Shown one piece after another: positions 30,417 through 38,226 of a stretch of 64,000 bases of DNA. Position numbers and translations under genes: made by a program. The notes under the pieces were generated by a model. That model made no database searches. It saw only the letters and a program-made list of their open reading frames with translations, and was not told the origin of the DNA. The stretch spans positions 3,337,149-3,401,148 of the forward strand of contig CBDFIS010000006.1 in the NCBI GenBank assembly GCA_965248205.1, in the 5' to 3' direction. The stretch's first letter is position 1; the number at the start of each line of letters is the position of its first letter. Origin of the DNA: Bryobacterales bacterium (GTDB lineage Bacteria > Acidobacteriota > Terriglobia > Bryobacterales > UBA6623).

Positions 30417-31681
30417 AGACACTAACGTATCTAGGCCTTGAAAGTTATGTTCTGATGTGGCACAGTGGCACGAGGGAGGTTACCCCACGTGCCTCGCAAA
30501 AGCCCTTACCACATCGTGCTCTCTTCCGCCGAAGCCCGTGAGTTACAGCGCCGTGCCTCGAAGTATACGTTATCGTATTTTCAGGTCGTTCGGGCCCAGA
30601 TGATCTTGCTTGCCGCCCAGGGCCTTTCCAACCAGGAGATCGCCCGCCGTCTGCGGACACGACGCGAGGTCGTCTGCCTGTGGCGCAAACGTTTCTACCA
30701 GCAACGTCTCGAGGGTCTCGAAGAGCGTCCGCGGTCCGGTCGGCCACGGGCCTTTCCCCCCGGAGCTGGTCGTCGAGATCAAGGCACTAGCCTGTGAACT
30801 TCCCGCCAGCCAAGACCGCCCCCTGTCTCGTTGGAGCAGCGGGGAACTGGCCCGCTATGCCTGCCAGGCTGGACTGGTGGCCAGCTTGTCGGGTAGCACC
30901 GTCTGGCGCTGGCTCCACGAAGACGCCATCCGCCCCTGGCAGCATCGCAGTTGGATCTTCCCTCGCGATCCGGATTTCGCCACCAAGGCGGGGCGTATCT
31001 TGGATCTCTACGAGCGGCAGTGGGACGGCAAGCCCCTTAGCTGCGATGAGTTCGTGCTTTCGGCCGACGAGAAGACCAGTATCCAAGCACGCCGTCGCAA
31101 GCACGCCACTCACCCCCCGCGATCCAGATCGGCCATGAAGGTGGAACATGAGTACGAACGATGTGGGGCGTGGGCCTACCTCGCTGCACTCGATGTTCAG
31201 CGTGCCAAACTCTTCGGTCGTTGCGAGTCGAAAACGGGCATCGAACCTTTTGACCGCTTGGTGGAGCAAGTCATGTCTCAACCCCCCTATGACCAGGCCC
31301 GCCGGGTGTTCTGGATCGTTGACAACGGCTCGGCGCATCGGGGCCAACGGTCGATCGTCCGTTTGAAGCAGAAGCATCCCACCCTGGTATTGGTGCACGG
31401 GCCAGTGCACGCCAGTTGGCTCAATCAAATTGAAATCTACTTTTCGATCTTGCAGCGCAAGGCCCTCACCCCCAATGATTTCGCATCGCTCGCGGCGGTG
31501 GAAGACCGCCTGTTGAGCTTCCAGCAACACTACGAGTCGATTGCGAGACCATTTGAATGGAAGTTCACTCGACGCGATCTGACCGATCTATTGCACAAGA
31601 TAAAAAGACAGCCCCACAACTCGACTCCGCTCGCCGCATAGCTGAAAATAATACGTGACCGTACTTACGAAACGGTGTACT
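30400..31681 (+). mobile_element. IS630-family insertion sequence (1282 bp) with TA target duplication
   Basis: The ends agtacacaatttc... and the reverse complement of the other end agtacaccgtttc... form imperfect IRs of about 30 bp. TA lies at 30398-30399 and 31682-31683. Confidence 0.75.
30465..31641 (+). CDS. IS630-family transposase encoded in two frames (orfA frame 30465-30797, orfB frame reported by the track as 30610-31641) joined at a C6 run
   Basis: HTH part (LSNQEIARRLRTRREVVCLWRKRF) in frame A. DDE part (ADEKTSIQAR...WIVDNGSAH...ASWLNQIEIYFS) in frame B. Frame A ends ...RPRAFPPGAG and frame B reads ...FPPELVVEIK. Removing one C from 30756-30761 gives one continuous ORF of about 391 aa. 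Confidence 0.8.
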
Positions 31682-32064
31682 TAGGATAAGTGCACGTGGC
31701 CGACGGCGGGTTGCTCGAATCGATTGCCCCCTTCAGTGGGTTCTGGGATACTAGGAATACTGCTGGGCTGGAAGGAATCGCTCTTACTATTCGTTCCTAC
31801 AGCCGGCAAAGCGGTTTCTTTTATCCCTGCGCATCGCGTCAGCGGGTCGCTCACGGGGTTACCAACATCGAGAAGTTGTTAGACCAGTCGTGCGAACAGT
31901 TGTTTCCTGCCAGTGGTCTCAGCAGAGCGGCGACGCTTCACCCGCGACAGTCGCCTTGAGGTGCGTACTCCCAAGAGGGGAGCCGGGTCTCTATTCCGAT
32001 ATAACGGGCTCAGGTTCCCTCAGTGGATCGGGCAGAAAGCTAATGGAGAGCAGAATGGAGGGCA

Positions 32065-32283
32065 GTGGCAAAAGAGGAAGGCATTGAGGTAGTCGGAACT
32101 ATCGTCGAAAAACACCCCGGCGGCATCTTCAGCGTCGAGCTAGACGACAAGCATAAAGTCCTCGCCCAGATCGCGGGCAAGCTCCGCAAGCACCGAATTC
32201 GCATCTTGACAGGCGATAGGGTGCAACTCGAGCTTTCGCCGTACGACCTTACGCGAGGTCGGATTGTTTACCGCTATCGCTGA
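32065..32283 (+). CDS. infA: translation initiation factor IF-1
   Basis: [28 protein letters not shown]...[26 protein letters not shown] has a near-canonical IF-1 length and pattern. GTG start after GGAGGG. Confidence 0.95.
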   Translation: MAKEEGIEVVGTIVEKHPGGIFSVELDDKHKVLAQIAGKLRKHRIRILTGDRVQLELSPYDLTRGRIVYRYR

Positions 32284-32475
32284 CGAAGCTGGCGAAATCA
32301 GCCGAAGGTTCCTTAAGCACGCGGTCCCATCCTGACTAGGACGAGCGTGGCCTGGGACTATTTGGAAGTTTAGTCGGGCTTGGGAAGGGTTGCCGGCAGC
32401 TTCTTCGATTCGTCCCAAGATCATGAGCCTGACCGAGGGTCCGCGGCAGCCCGAAGTCGCCTGTGAGGAAGCAAG

Positions 32476-32760
32476 ATGGCAAGAGCGATGTGGGAAGGCA
32501 CTGTGCTCGCCGAAAGCGACGAAGGCGTGGTGATAGAGGGGAATTACTACTTCCCGCCGGACTCCGTTCGCAAAGAACACTTGAAGCCCAGCGACCAGAC
32601 ATCGGTCTGCTTCTGGAAAGGGACAGCTCGCTACTACGATGTCGAAGTAGAGGGTAAGCATAACCCGGGGGCGGCCTGGTATTACCCCGAACCCAAAGAC
32701 GGCGCCAGTCAGATCAAAGACCACGTCGCTTTCTGGCGGGGAGTCACGGTCGAGACGTGA
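32476..32760 (+). CDS. DUF427 domain protein
   Basis: IEGNYYFPPDSV...CFWKGTARYYDV...AWYYPEP...FW is the DUF427 signature. Confidence 0.75.
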   Translation: MARAMWEGTVLAESDEGVVIEGNYYFPPDSVRKEHLKPSDQTSVCFWKGTARYYDVEVEGKHNPGAAWYYPEPKDGASQIKDHVAFWRGVTVET

Positions 32761-32878
32761 CGGTGGGCGGTTGGACATCGGCAACGGGAATCAACAAAGA
32801 GCAGGTCCTTACGATTGATGTCGCAAGGTATGCCCCCGAGCACCGGTAGCTGGCACTACTGTCTTAACGTTCACACGC

Positions 32879-33343
32879 TTAGGGATCGGCCACCGTCTCC
32901 ATGATTCGCGGTTTGCTCTGGAGAGTCTTGTACACAGGACACCGGGTTCCAATGTACGCCAAGCGTTCGCGCTGTTCCTCACTAAGGTCGCCTTCGAATT
33001 CAAGACGGACGTTGATGCGTTCCACCAAGCCGTGCTCTTCTTCGCAATCTCGGCAATCCTCCGCATGGATGCGCTCATGAGAGAGTCCCACGCTTACGTT
33101 TTCAAGCGGCCAGCCCTTGCGCCGCGCATACATGAGCAGGGTCATTCCGGTGCAGGTCCCGAGCGCACCCAGCAGGAGATCGTAGGGGTTAGGCCCCAGT
33201 CCGTCGCCGACACCCTTGGGTTCATCTGAGATCAGCCCGTGGTCTGCGGTCGCCACCAGCATTTGGTAGTTGCCGAGGCCCCTTACGGTCACTGTAGCCA
33301 TTCGTGTCTCCTCCATGAAACTGATGTGCCGAGACTGAACCAA
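32879..33343 (-). CDS. OsmC-family peroxiredoxin-like protein
   Basis: GPNPYDLLLGALGTCTGMTL and the C-terminal CPVYKTL (two conserved Cys) are typical of OsmC/Ohr. The start may be internal (MATVTV...). Confidence 0.75.
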   Translation of the reverse strand: MVQSRHISFMEETRMATVTVRGLGNYQMLVATADHGLISDEPKGVGDGLGPNPYDLLLGALGTCTGMTLLMYARRKGWPLENVSVGLSHERIHAEDCRDCEEEHGLVERINVRLEFEGDLSEEQRERLAYIGTRCPVYKTLQSKPRIMETVADP

Positions 33344-33586
33344 CTGGCGCAGCCTATCGAACTCCGATTACCCACCAGGACTCGACACCGGTACCGTTGG
33401 CTGTGCGGGAACTTTGTTCGCCGGTTCCCTGCCGACGAGCCTCAAATCTATCACAGATGTGCCAGTAGCTCCTGCGATGTTGTTGACACAACCTTGTGAT
33501 TCTGAACCCCGTCGGGAACAGCGGTGCTTGTAAACGAATGTGCGTTTTCGTAGGTTGCGCTTGACTTCGCGGGCCCAGTCGCCGTA

Positions 33587-34663
33587 GTGTCTCAGTGTAT
33601 GGTCACACAGCCGTCAGTATGGGAGGTAACCCCTGAGGTAGAGCAGGTGCGCGACCATCTGCGGCACTACTATGGCCGCCACCTAAAGAAAAGCTCTGAC
33701 CTAAGCCAAAAAGCTTGCTGCACGGAAGAGACGGAGAAACGCCACGCCGAGATCCTCGAGTTGATTCCCGAGGAGGTAAAGCAGCGGCACTACGGCTGCG
33801 GATGTCCCATTCCCGACGATGAACTCAGCGGCCTCACCGTGTTGGACCTCGGATCCGGTGCAGGCGTGGACGCCTTTATCATGGCCCACAAGGTGGGCCC
33901 CGGTGGCTTCGTTCACGGCATCGACATGACCGAGGAACAACTCGCGATCGCCGGCCAGTATGCCCCCGAAGTGGCACGCCGGTTCGGCTATCGCCGTCCG
34001 AACACGGCCTTTCACAAGGACTTCATCGAAGTGGCCGAATCGATCCCGGACGAAAGCATTGACCTCGTGATTTCGGACTGCGTCATTAACCTCTCGCCTC
34101 GCAAAGACCTTGTCTTCGAGACGATTCACAGGGTTCTCAGGAATGGTGGCGAATTCTATATTTCCGACATTGCCGCTGACCGCCGCGTGCCTGATACCAT
34201 CCGCGAGGACGAGGAACTCGTCGCGGAGTGCCTGGGTGGCGCGCAATACGAGCACGATTGGTTCGACACGATGAAGGACTGCGGCTTCACAGATCCCCGG
34301 GTTGTGCGCCGAACCATCGTACAAACCGACGCCAAGGGAGAACCGGTCATTTTCTCGTCGCTTACGGTTCGCGGGTTCAAGTTCGGAGGGCCGCTCGATC
34401 GCCGCTGCGAGGACTACGGGCAGGTTGCGGTCTACGACGGAAGTTCACCTGGCTCGCCGGCGCGCTTCCCATTCGACGACCACCACGTTTTCGAAACCGG
34501 TCGTCCAACCGCGGTTTGCCGCAATACCGCGCGCATGCTCACGGAAACCAGGCTAGGAAAGTACTTCAGCGTGACGCCCCCGGTCAAGCATTTCGGGCTG
34601 TTTGCGTGCGGAGTGACAGCGGCGACGGCGGACGGAGCCGCATCTGCCGGCAACTGCTGCTAG
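33587..34663 (+). CDS. arsM: ArsM-like As(III) S-adenosylmethionine methyltransferase
   Basis: N-terminal CC (KACCTEE), HYGCGCPIP, SAM motif VLDLGSGAGVD, DCVINLSP and ECLGGA cysteines in ArsM-like positions, C-terminal CC. The true start is possibly ATG 33599. Confidence 0.7.
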   Translation: MSQCMVTQPSVWEVTPEVEQVRDHLRHYYGRHLKKSSDLSQKACCTEETEKRHAEILELIPEEVKQRHYGCGCPIPDDELSGLTVLDLGSGAGVDAFIMAHKVGPGGFVHGIDMTEEQLAIAGQYAPEVARRFGYRRPNTAFHKDFIEVAESIPDESIDLVISDCVINLSPRKDLVFETIHRVLRNGGEFYISDIAADRRVPDTIREDEELVAECLGGAQYEHDWFDTMKDCGFTDPRVVRRTIVQTDAKGEPVIFSSLTVRGFKFGGPLDRRCEDYGQVAVYDGSSPGSPARFPFDDHHVFETGRPTAVCRNTARMLTETRLGKYFSVTPPVKHFGLFACGVTAATADGAASAGNCC

Positions 34664-34763
34664 GGCAGGCCTCGATCGTTATCGGGTTAGGCGGCCCGCT
34701 GAGCGCATCAGCGGTGTGTTCTGAGTTCTCAACCAGATTCATAGGCTGACGCGAGAAACGTCG

Positions 34764-35813
34764 ATGGTTGCACCGGAGAAAGATCAACTCATCAAAGGGA
34801 TGCTGCAGCACTATCCCTTTGTGGTGAAAAGCTTCAGGGCCTACTTCCGTAACCTCTATCGGCGCAAGGTTCTCAAATCGACGGTCGTTACTCCGTACTC
34901 GGCCATCTTCTACGCGACGCACAAGTGCAACCTCGACTGCAGCTACTGCACCCAAAAGAACCCGGAGGTCTTCAGCGAGGAAGTCTCGACGGAAAAGACG
35001 ATCGACATCTTTCGGGCTATTCGCAGGGACGTTGACACGATGGTGATCACGGGCGGTGAATGCCTGGTGAGGCCTGATATCGAAGAGTTGGTCCGCGCGG
35101 CTCGCCAAGACGTCAAATTCCGATCGCTGCTGGCCGTTACCAACGGTGTGTTGCTTGACTCCCGACGCAGCATTCTCGATCACCTCAGCGGCCTCGTCGT
35201 CAGCCTCGATGCTCTGAAACACGATCCCTCCGAGCCATTGTCGAAATCGAATGCCGTTCCGAAGGTCATCGAGAATCTCATGATGGTGAAGGAGAAGCTG
35301 CCCCCTCAGTCGGTGACGGTTAGCTGTGTACTCGAGCTGTGGAACATCGCGGAAGTTGAAAAGATTGTCGATTTCTGCCGGGAGCATGGCTTCGTTTTCT
35401 CGGTGCAATCGGCGCAGAACAACGGCAAGTACCCCAACTTCGCTTTTCTCCGGGACGACCGTTACCGAGGCTTCGTGGACAAGCTCATCGAACTGCGGCG
35501 ACAACGGGCTGTCAGGATCAACGGGACTCCCAAGCTGTTGCAGACTCTCCTGCTGTTTGAGGAGTTCAAGTGTTACCCGACGATGTTCCCGAGAATCTAC
35601 CCCAACGGAGACATCTTCTACCCGTGCGAGGTGTTGCGTAAGATTGCAGGGAACTTGCTCGAAGACGGCTCGATCGCGGCGGCCTTCGAGAGGGGACGGC
35701 GCTTGTACGGAGAAGTCCCCCAATGCAAGGCGAACTGTTACCTTTTCGGCAACGTCCTATCGTCCTACTACGTGGAGGACTTCTGGGGACTGGCCGGTGA
35801 CACCGTGCGCTAG
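34764..35813 (+). CDS. radical SAM protein with Cys-containing C-terminal (SPASM-like) region
   Basis: ATHKCNLDCSYCTQ (CxxxCxxC), ITGGECLVRPDI, and C-terminal PNGDIFYPC...QCKANC. Confidence 0.75.
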   Translation: MVAPEKDQLIKGMLQHYPFVVKSFRAYFRNLYRRKVLKSTVVTPYSAIFYATHKCNLDCSYCTQKNPEVFSEEVSTEKTIDIFRAIRRDVDTMVITGGECLVRPDIEELVRAARQDVKFRSLLAVTNGVLLDSRRSILDHLSGLVVSLDALKHDPSEPLSKSNAVPKVIENLMMVKEKLPPQSVTVSCVLELWNIAEVEKIVDFCREHGFVFSVQSAQNNGKYPNFAFLRDDRYRGFVDKLIELRRQRAVRINGTPKLLQTLLLFEEFKCYPTMFPRIYPNGDIFYPCEVLRKIAGNLLEDGSIAAAFERGRRLYGEVPQCKANCYLFGNVLSSYYVEDFWGLAGDTVR

Positions 35814-36548
35814 CCGGCGAACGCTGTAAACGGCGTGGGCGGCTGTTTCGGCCAGATGCTTACTAAAAGCTCCTACATATTCGAGATGCAGGTGGTCGCT
35901 GCCAGCCAACTTAAGCTCAAGAGTGGCAGTTGCTGCTTGATCGACTGAGTCCTCGCGAACAGGGGGGTCTTTCGCCTCAGACACATAGACCGGGCGGTAG
36001 GTTTCGCCATTAACGAGGATGCGTGCGATTTGTCGAATCGGAATGATCCAGTGCACGTTTTCAGCTCGGTCACGTGGCACGATGAGCAGTTCATTGCCGC
36101 GCAGCAGCAGATAAAGACGTGTTCCCCTTGCCAGAGGCGGCTCGTCGCGCAAGGTGCCCGAGGCATATACTCCACCGTTAAGTAGGTAATCCGCCTGGTG
36201 GAGTTTCTGCAACTTCCTTTCCCGCTCGGGATCGTAGGCTGGACCGAGCGCCACCACACACAGGAACGCCGTCGCCGCGAATCCGGCCACCCACCAGTAC
36301 GAGGCTGGGACGCTCCAGGCGAGCAATCCTAGAGCACCGAGGCCGATCGCGAACCGAATGCGGTTCCAGTCCGTGCGCCGCCGCCAGCGACGGACGAGCG
36401 GAACGAGCAGCACGAACCAAAACAGGGTGTAGAGCAGAATCCCAATCCATTTGGGAACACCGAAGGGCCGCAACGGATCCTTGGTGGGGCGTTCCCGGAG
36501 AGACGGGCCGGAACGCCGGATTTTGATTCGGGACTCTGGATTACCCAC
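35757..36548 (-). CDS. hypothetical membrane protein
   Basis: Three predicted TM helices near the N-terminus and a soluble C-terminal domain. The 3' end overlaps the convergent radical SAM gene by 57 nt. Confidence 0.5.
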   Translation of the reverse strand: MGNPESRIKIRRSGPSLRERPTKDPLRPFGVPKWIGILLYTLFWFVLLVPLVRRWRRRTDWNRIRFAIGLGALGLLAWSVPASYWWVAGFAATAFLCVVALGPAYDPERERKLQKLHQADYLLNGGVYASGTLRDEPPLARGTRLYLLLRGNELLIVPRDRAENVHWIIPIRQIARILVNGETYRPVYVSEAKDPPVREDSVDQAATATLELKLAGSDHLHLEYVGAFSKHLAETAAHAVYSVRRLAHGVTGQSPEVLHVVGR

Positions 36549-36641
36549 GGCCTGCGAACTCCCTCAAGCGTTGACCTTCAAGAATGAGACAGTAGCGGCA
36601 ACCGATGGAGGCTGTCAATGACCTCCGCGGGCACGCCGGTC

Positions 36642-36738
36642 TGTGAAAAAACCTCGGGACAGCCAACCGCAGCTAAAGACGCCATTGATTCTAAGTGACT
36701 TCTAGGACGCCGCTTGTGCTAGCCCCCGTTTTTTCACA
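36642..36738 (+). repeat. 97-nt dispersed element, family B copy 1, with 11-nt terminal inverted repeat TGTGAAAAAAC / GTTTTTTCACA
   Basis: Aligns end-to-end with 44224-44321 in the same orientation. The central block ccattgattc.aagtgacttctaggacgccgcttgtg is nearly identical. Confidence 0.75.
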
Positions 36739-36816
36739 CACCCGCATGCTGGGGTCGGATTCAAGCGCGAAATCCTAAGCGATGCCACCCGGCCCGTTTG
36801 GCAGATCAGATTCCGC

Positions 36817-36848
36817 TTGACTCTGTAGTTCACTTCAGAGTGTATCCT
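36817..36848 (+). promoter_or_regulatory. MerR-family (ZntR/CadR/PbrR-type) metal-responsive promoter: TTGACT, 20-nt spacer with dyad, TATCCT
   Basis: The -35 is at 36817-36822 and the -10 at 36843-36848. The dyad ACTCTGTAGTT/CACTTCAGAGT lies at 36820-36841. This is a strong architectural match to published MerR-type promoters. Confidence 0.6.
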
Positions 36849-36859
36849 GAGAAAAGGGA

Positions 36860-37246
36860 ATGCGGAAACCGTCGCTCAGACTGGTTGCGCTCTTTACATT
36901 GAGCCAAGTGTGTCTACTTTACGGCGGAGGATTGCTCCTAGCATACGATGAGCGATTCGGAACACAGGGAACGAGCTGTGCTCGCGCCTGTTGCCACCTG
37001 GCAAAAGCGGGATCTCCCTATGCGAAGTCGTGCTGTTCGCTTCGCTGCGGCGAGGACCCCACCGATCCCACACCGGAACCAGCCCGCGCTAAGCAGTGGT
37101 TACCGCCGGGGCTTGCCGGCGTGCAATCAGCGGACCCTCGCCCATACCTTCAAGACGCACTGAGAGGTCAACGTACCGGCCTTGCAGCTCCCGCGGAAGC
37201 TCCTGAGCAGGAGCTTTACCTGAGACATTCCATCCTTCTGGTCTAG
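36860..37246 (+). CDS. small exported or N-terminally anchored Cys-rich protein (CxxxCCH...CCxxxC)
   Basis: Hydrophobic N-terminus LRLVALFTLSQVCLLYGGGLLLA, then TSCARACCHLAKAGSPYAKSCCSLRCGE. First gene after the MerR-type promoter. Confidence 0.55.
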   Translation: MRKPSLRLVALFTLSQVCLLYGGGLLLAYDERFGTQGTSCARACCHLAKAGSPYAKSCCSLRCGEDPTDPTPEPARAKQWLPPGLAGVQSADPRPYLQDALRGQRTGLAAPAEAPEQELYLRHSILLV

Positions 37247-37324
37247 CGCCAAAGCAAGAGAGGTGAGGTGCGTCCAGTTTCGGACGTAACCCCTCGTTGC
37301 GGCGGCTTGCCTTGGAGGATTCGA

Positions 37325-38203
37325 ATGCCTATATCACGACTGTTTCGCTCAGCAATTGCCCTATCCGGGGGTGCGCTGGTGATCTTTGGTTGGTTGCCCA
37401 GAGCCGAAGGCCAGGCGATCCTCGCGCCGGGCGGCCGAACTTTGTTCAACCAGCACGTTCTGGTGCGGTCGTTCACCCGGATTGACCGTCGCACCGTACT
37501 GCGCGACGGCTCAGCGATCGGGACCACGCGCTACATCCAGCCGGTCGCGCTGGTCTACGGCTTCGCCCCAGGGTGGCACGCAACCGCTGTGACACCCTTC
37601 GTGTTCGGGGAGAGCAGCGGTCGCGGCGACTCGCGGTTCTTCGTCAAATACGACGGGCTCATCAAGAAGAATGAGCCGGGCGGGCTCACTCGCCTAGCGG
37701 CCGAGTTCGGGGTGCAAACGCCGACAGGGTCCGAGGGCTTCAGTACCGGGGCGGCGAGCTACCTGGGGGATCTGGTGTTCCTGAAGGCCAGCAAGCAACG
37801 TCATTTCCTCGCCGACGTGCAGTATGAGGCGGCGACCCGAAACAGCGACGGTGTGACGGCGGGAAACCGGGCGCTCTTCGATGTAGCGCTATCCTATCTG
37901 TTCCTGCCGGATTCGGAGAAAAGCCGATCCGGTAAAGGCAAGGGGATAGGCCGGCTCGCTCCGCACGGCGTCTTCGGCATTGTCGAGTTCAATGCCGAGC
38001 TGCGTAACCGAGCACGCGACCGCGCCGGCGCGCTGCCGAATTCCGGCGGGGGACTGCTCTACATCTCTCCAGGGATCCAATATTTCATGAAGCGAAATCT
38101 GATTCTCGAGGTGTCGGTACCCATCCCCGTGGTTCGCAACCTCAACGGCTTGCAACCCAAGCCGCAGACCGGGGTGCTCTTCGGCTTTCGATACGTTCTC
38201 TGA
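37325..38203 (+). CDS. outer-membrane beta-barrel protein (MetA-pathway/transporter-like family)
   Basis: GGAGG lies 7 nt before ATG 37325. Signal peptide MPISRLFRSAIALSGGALVIFGWLPRAEG. Alternating beta-strand pattern with a C-terminal LFGFRYVL. The family assignment is tentative. Confidence 0.6.
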   Translation: MPISRLFRSAIALSGGALVIFGWLPRAEGQAILAPGGRTLFNQHVLVRSFTRIDRRTVLRDGSAIGTTRYIQPVALVYGFAPGWHATAVTPFVFGESSGRGDSRFFVKYDGLIKKNEPGGLTRLAAEFGVQTPTGSEGFSTGAASYLGDLVFLKASKQRHFLADVQYEAATRNSDGVTAGNRALFDVALSYLFLPDSEKSRSGKGKGIGRLAPHGVFGIVEFNAELRNRARDRAGALPNSGGGLLYISPGIQYFMKRNLILEVSVPIPVVRNLNGLQPKPQTGVLFGFRYVL

Positions 38204-38226
38204 GAAACCATTAGGAGGAATACAAC

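Noticed and set aside
32140-32784. 214-aa minus-strand ORF
   Set aside because: It is antisense to infA and the DUF427 gene, both of which have unmistakable family signatures.
34584-35723. 379-aa ORF on the minus strand, longer than the plus-strand gene it overlaps
   Set aside because: It is antisense to the ORF carrying a clean radical SAM CxxxCxxC motif and a GGE motif. Its own translation is Arg/Leu/Glu-rich with no motif. This is typical of a shadow ORF in GC-rich DNA.
34764-35813. Calling the radical SAM gene arsS (arsenosugar) or arsL (arsinothricin) outright
   Set aside because: The N-terminal region and cluster context (YATHKCNLDCSYCTQ, MoaA/PqqE-like GGE motif, SPASM-like tail) do not match what I remember of the ArsS family. 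I cannot run the HMM. It is left as a hypothesis in the findings.
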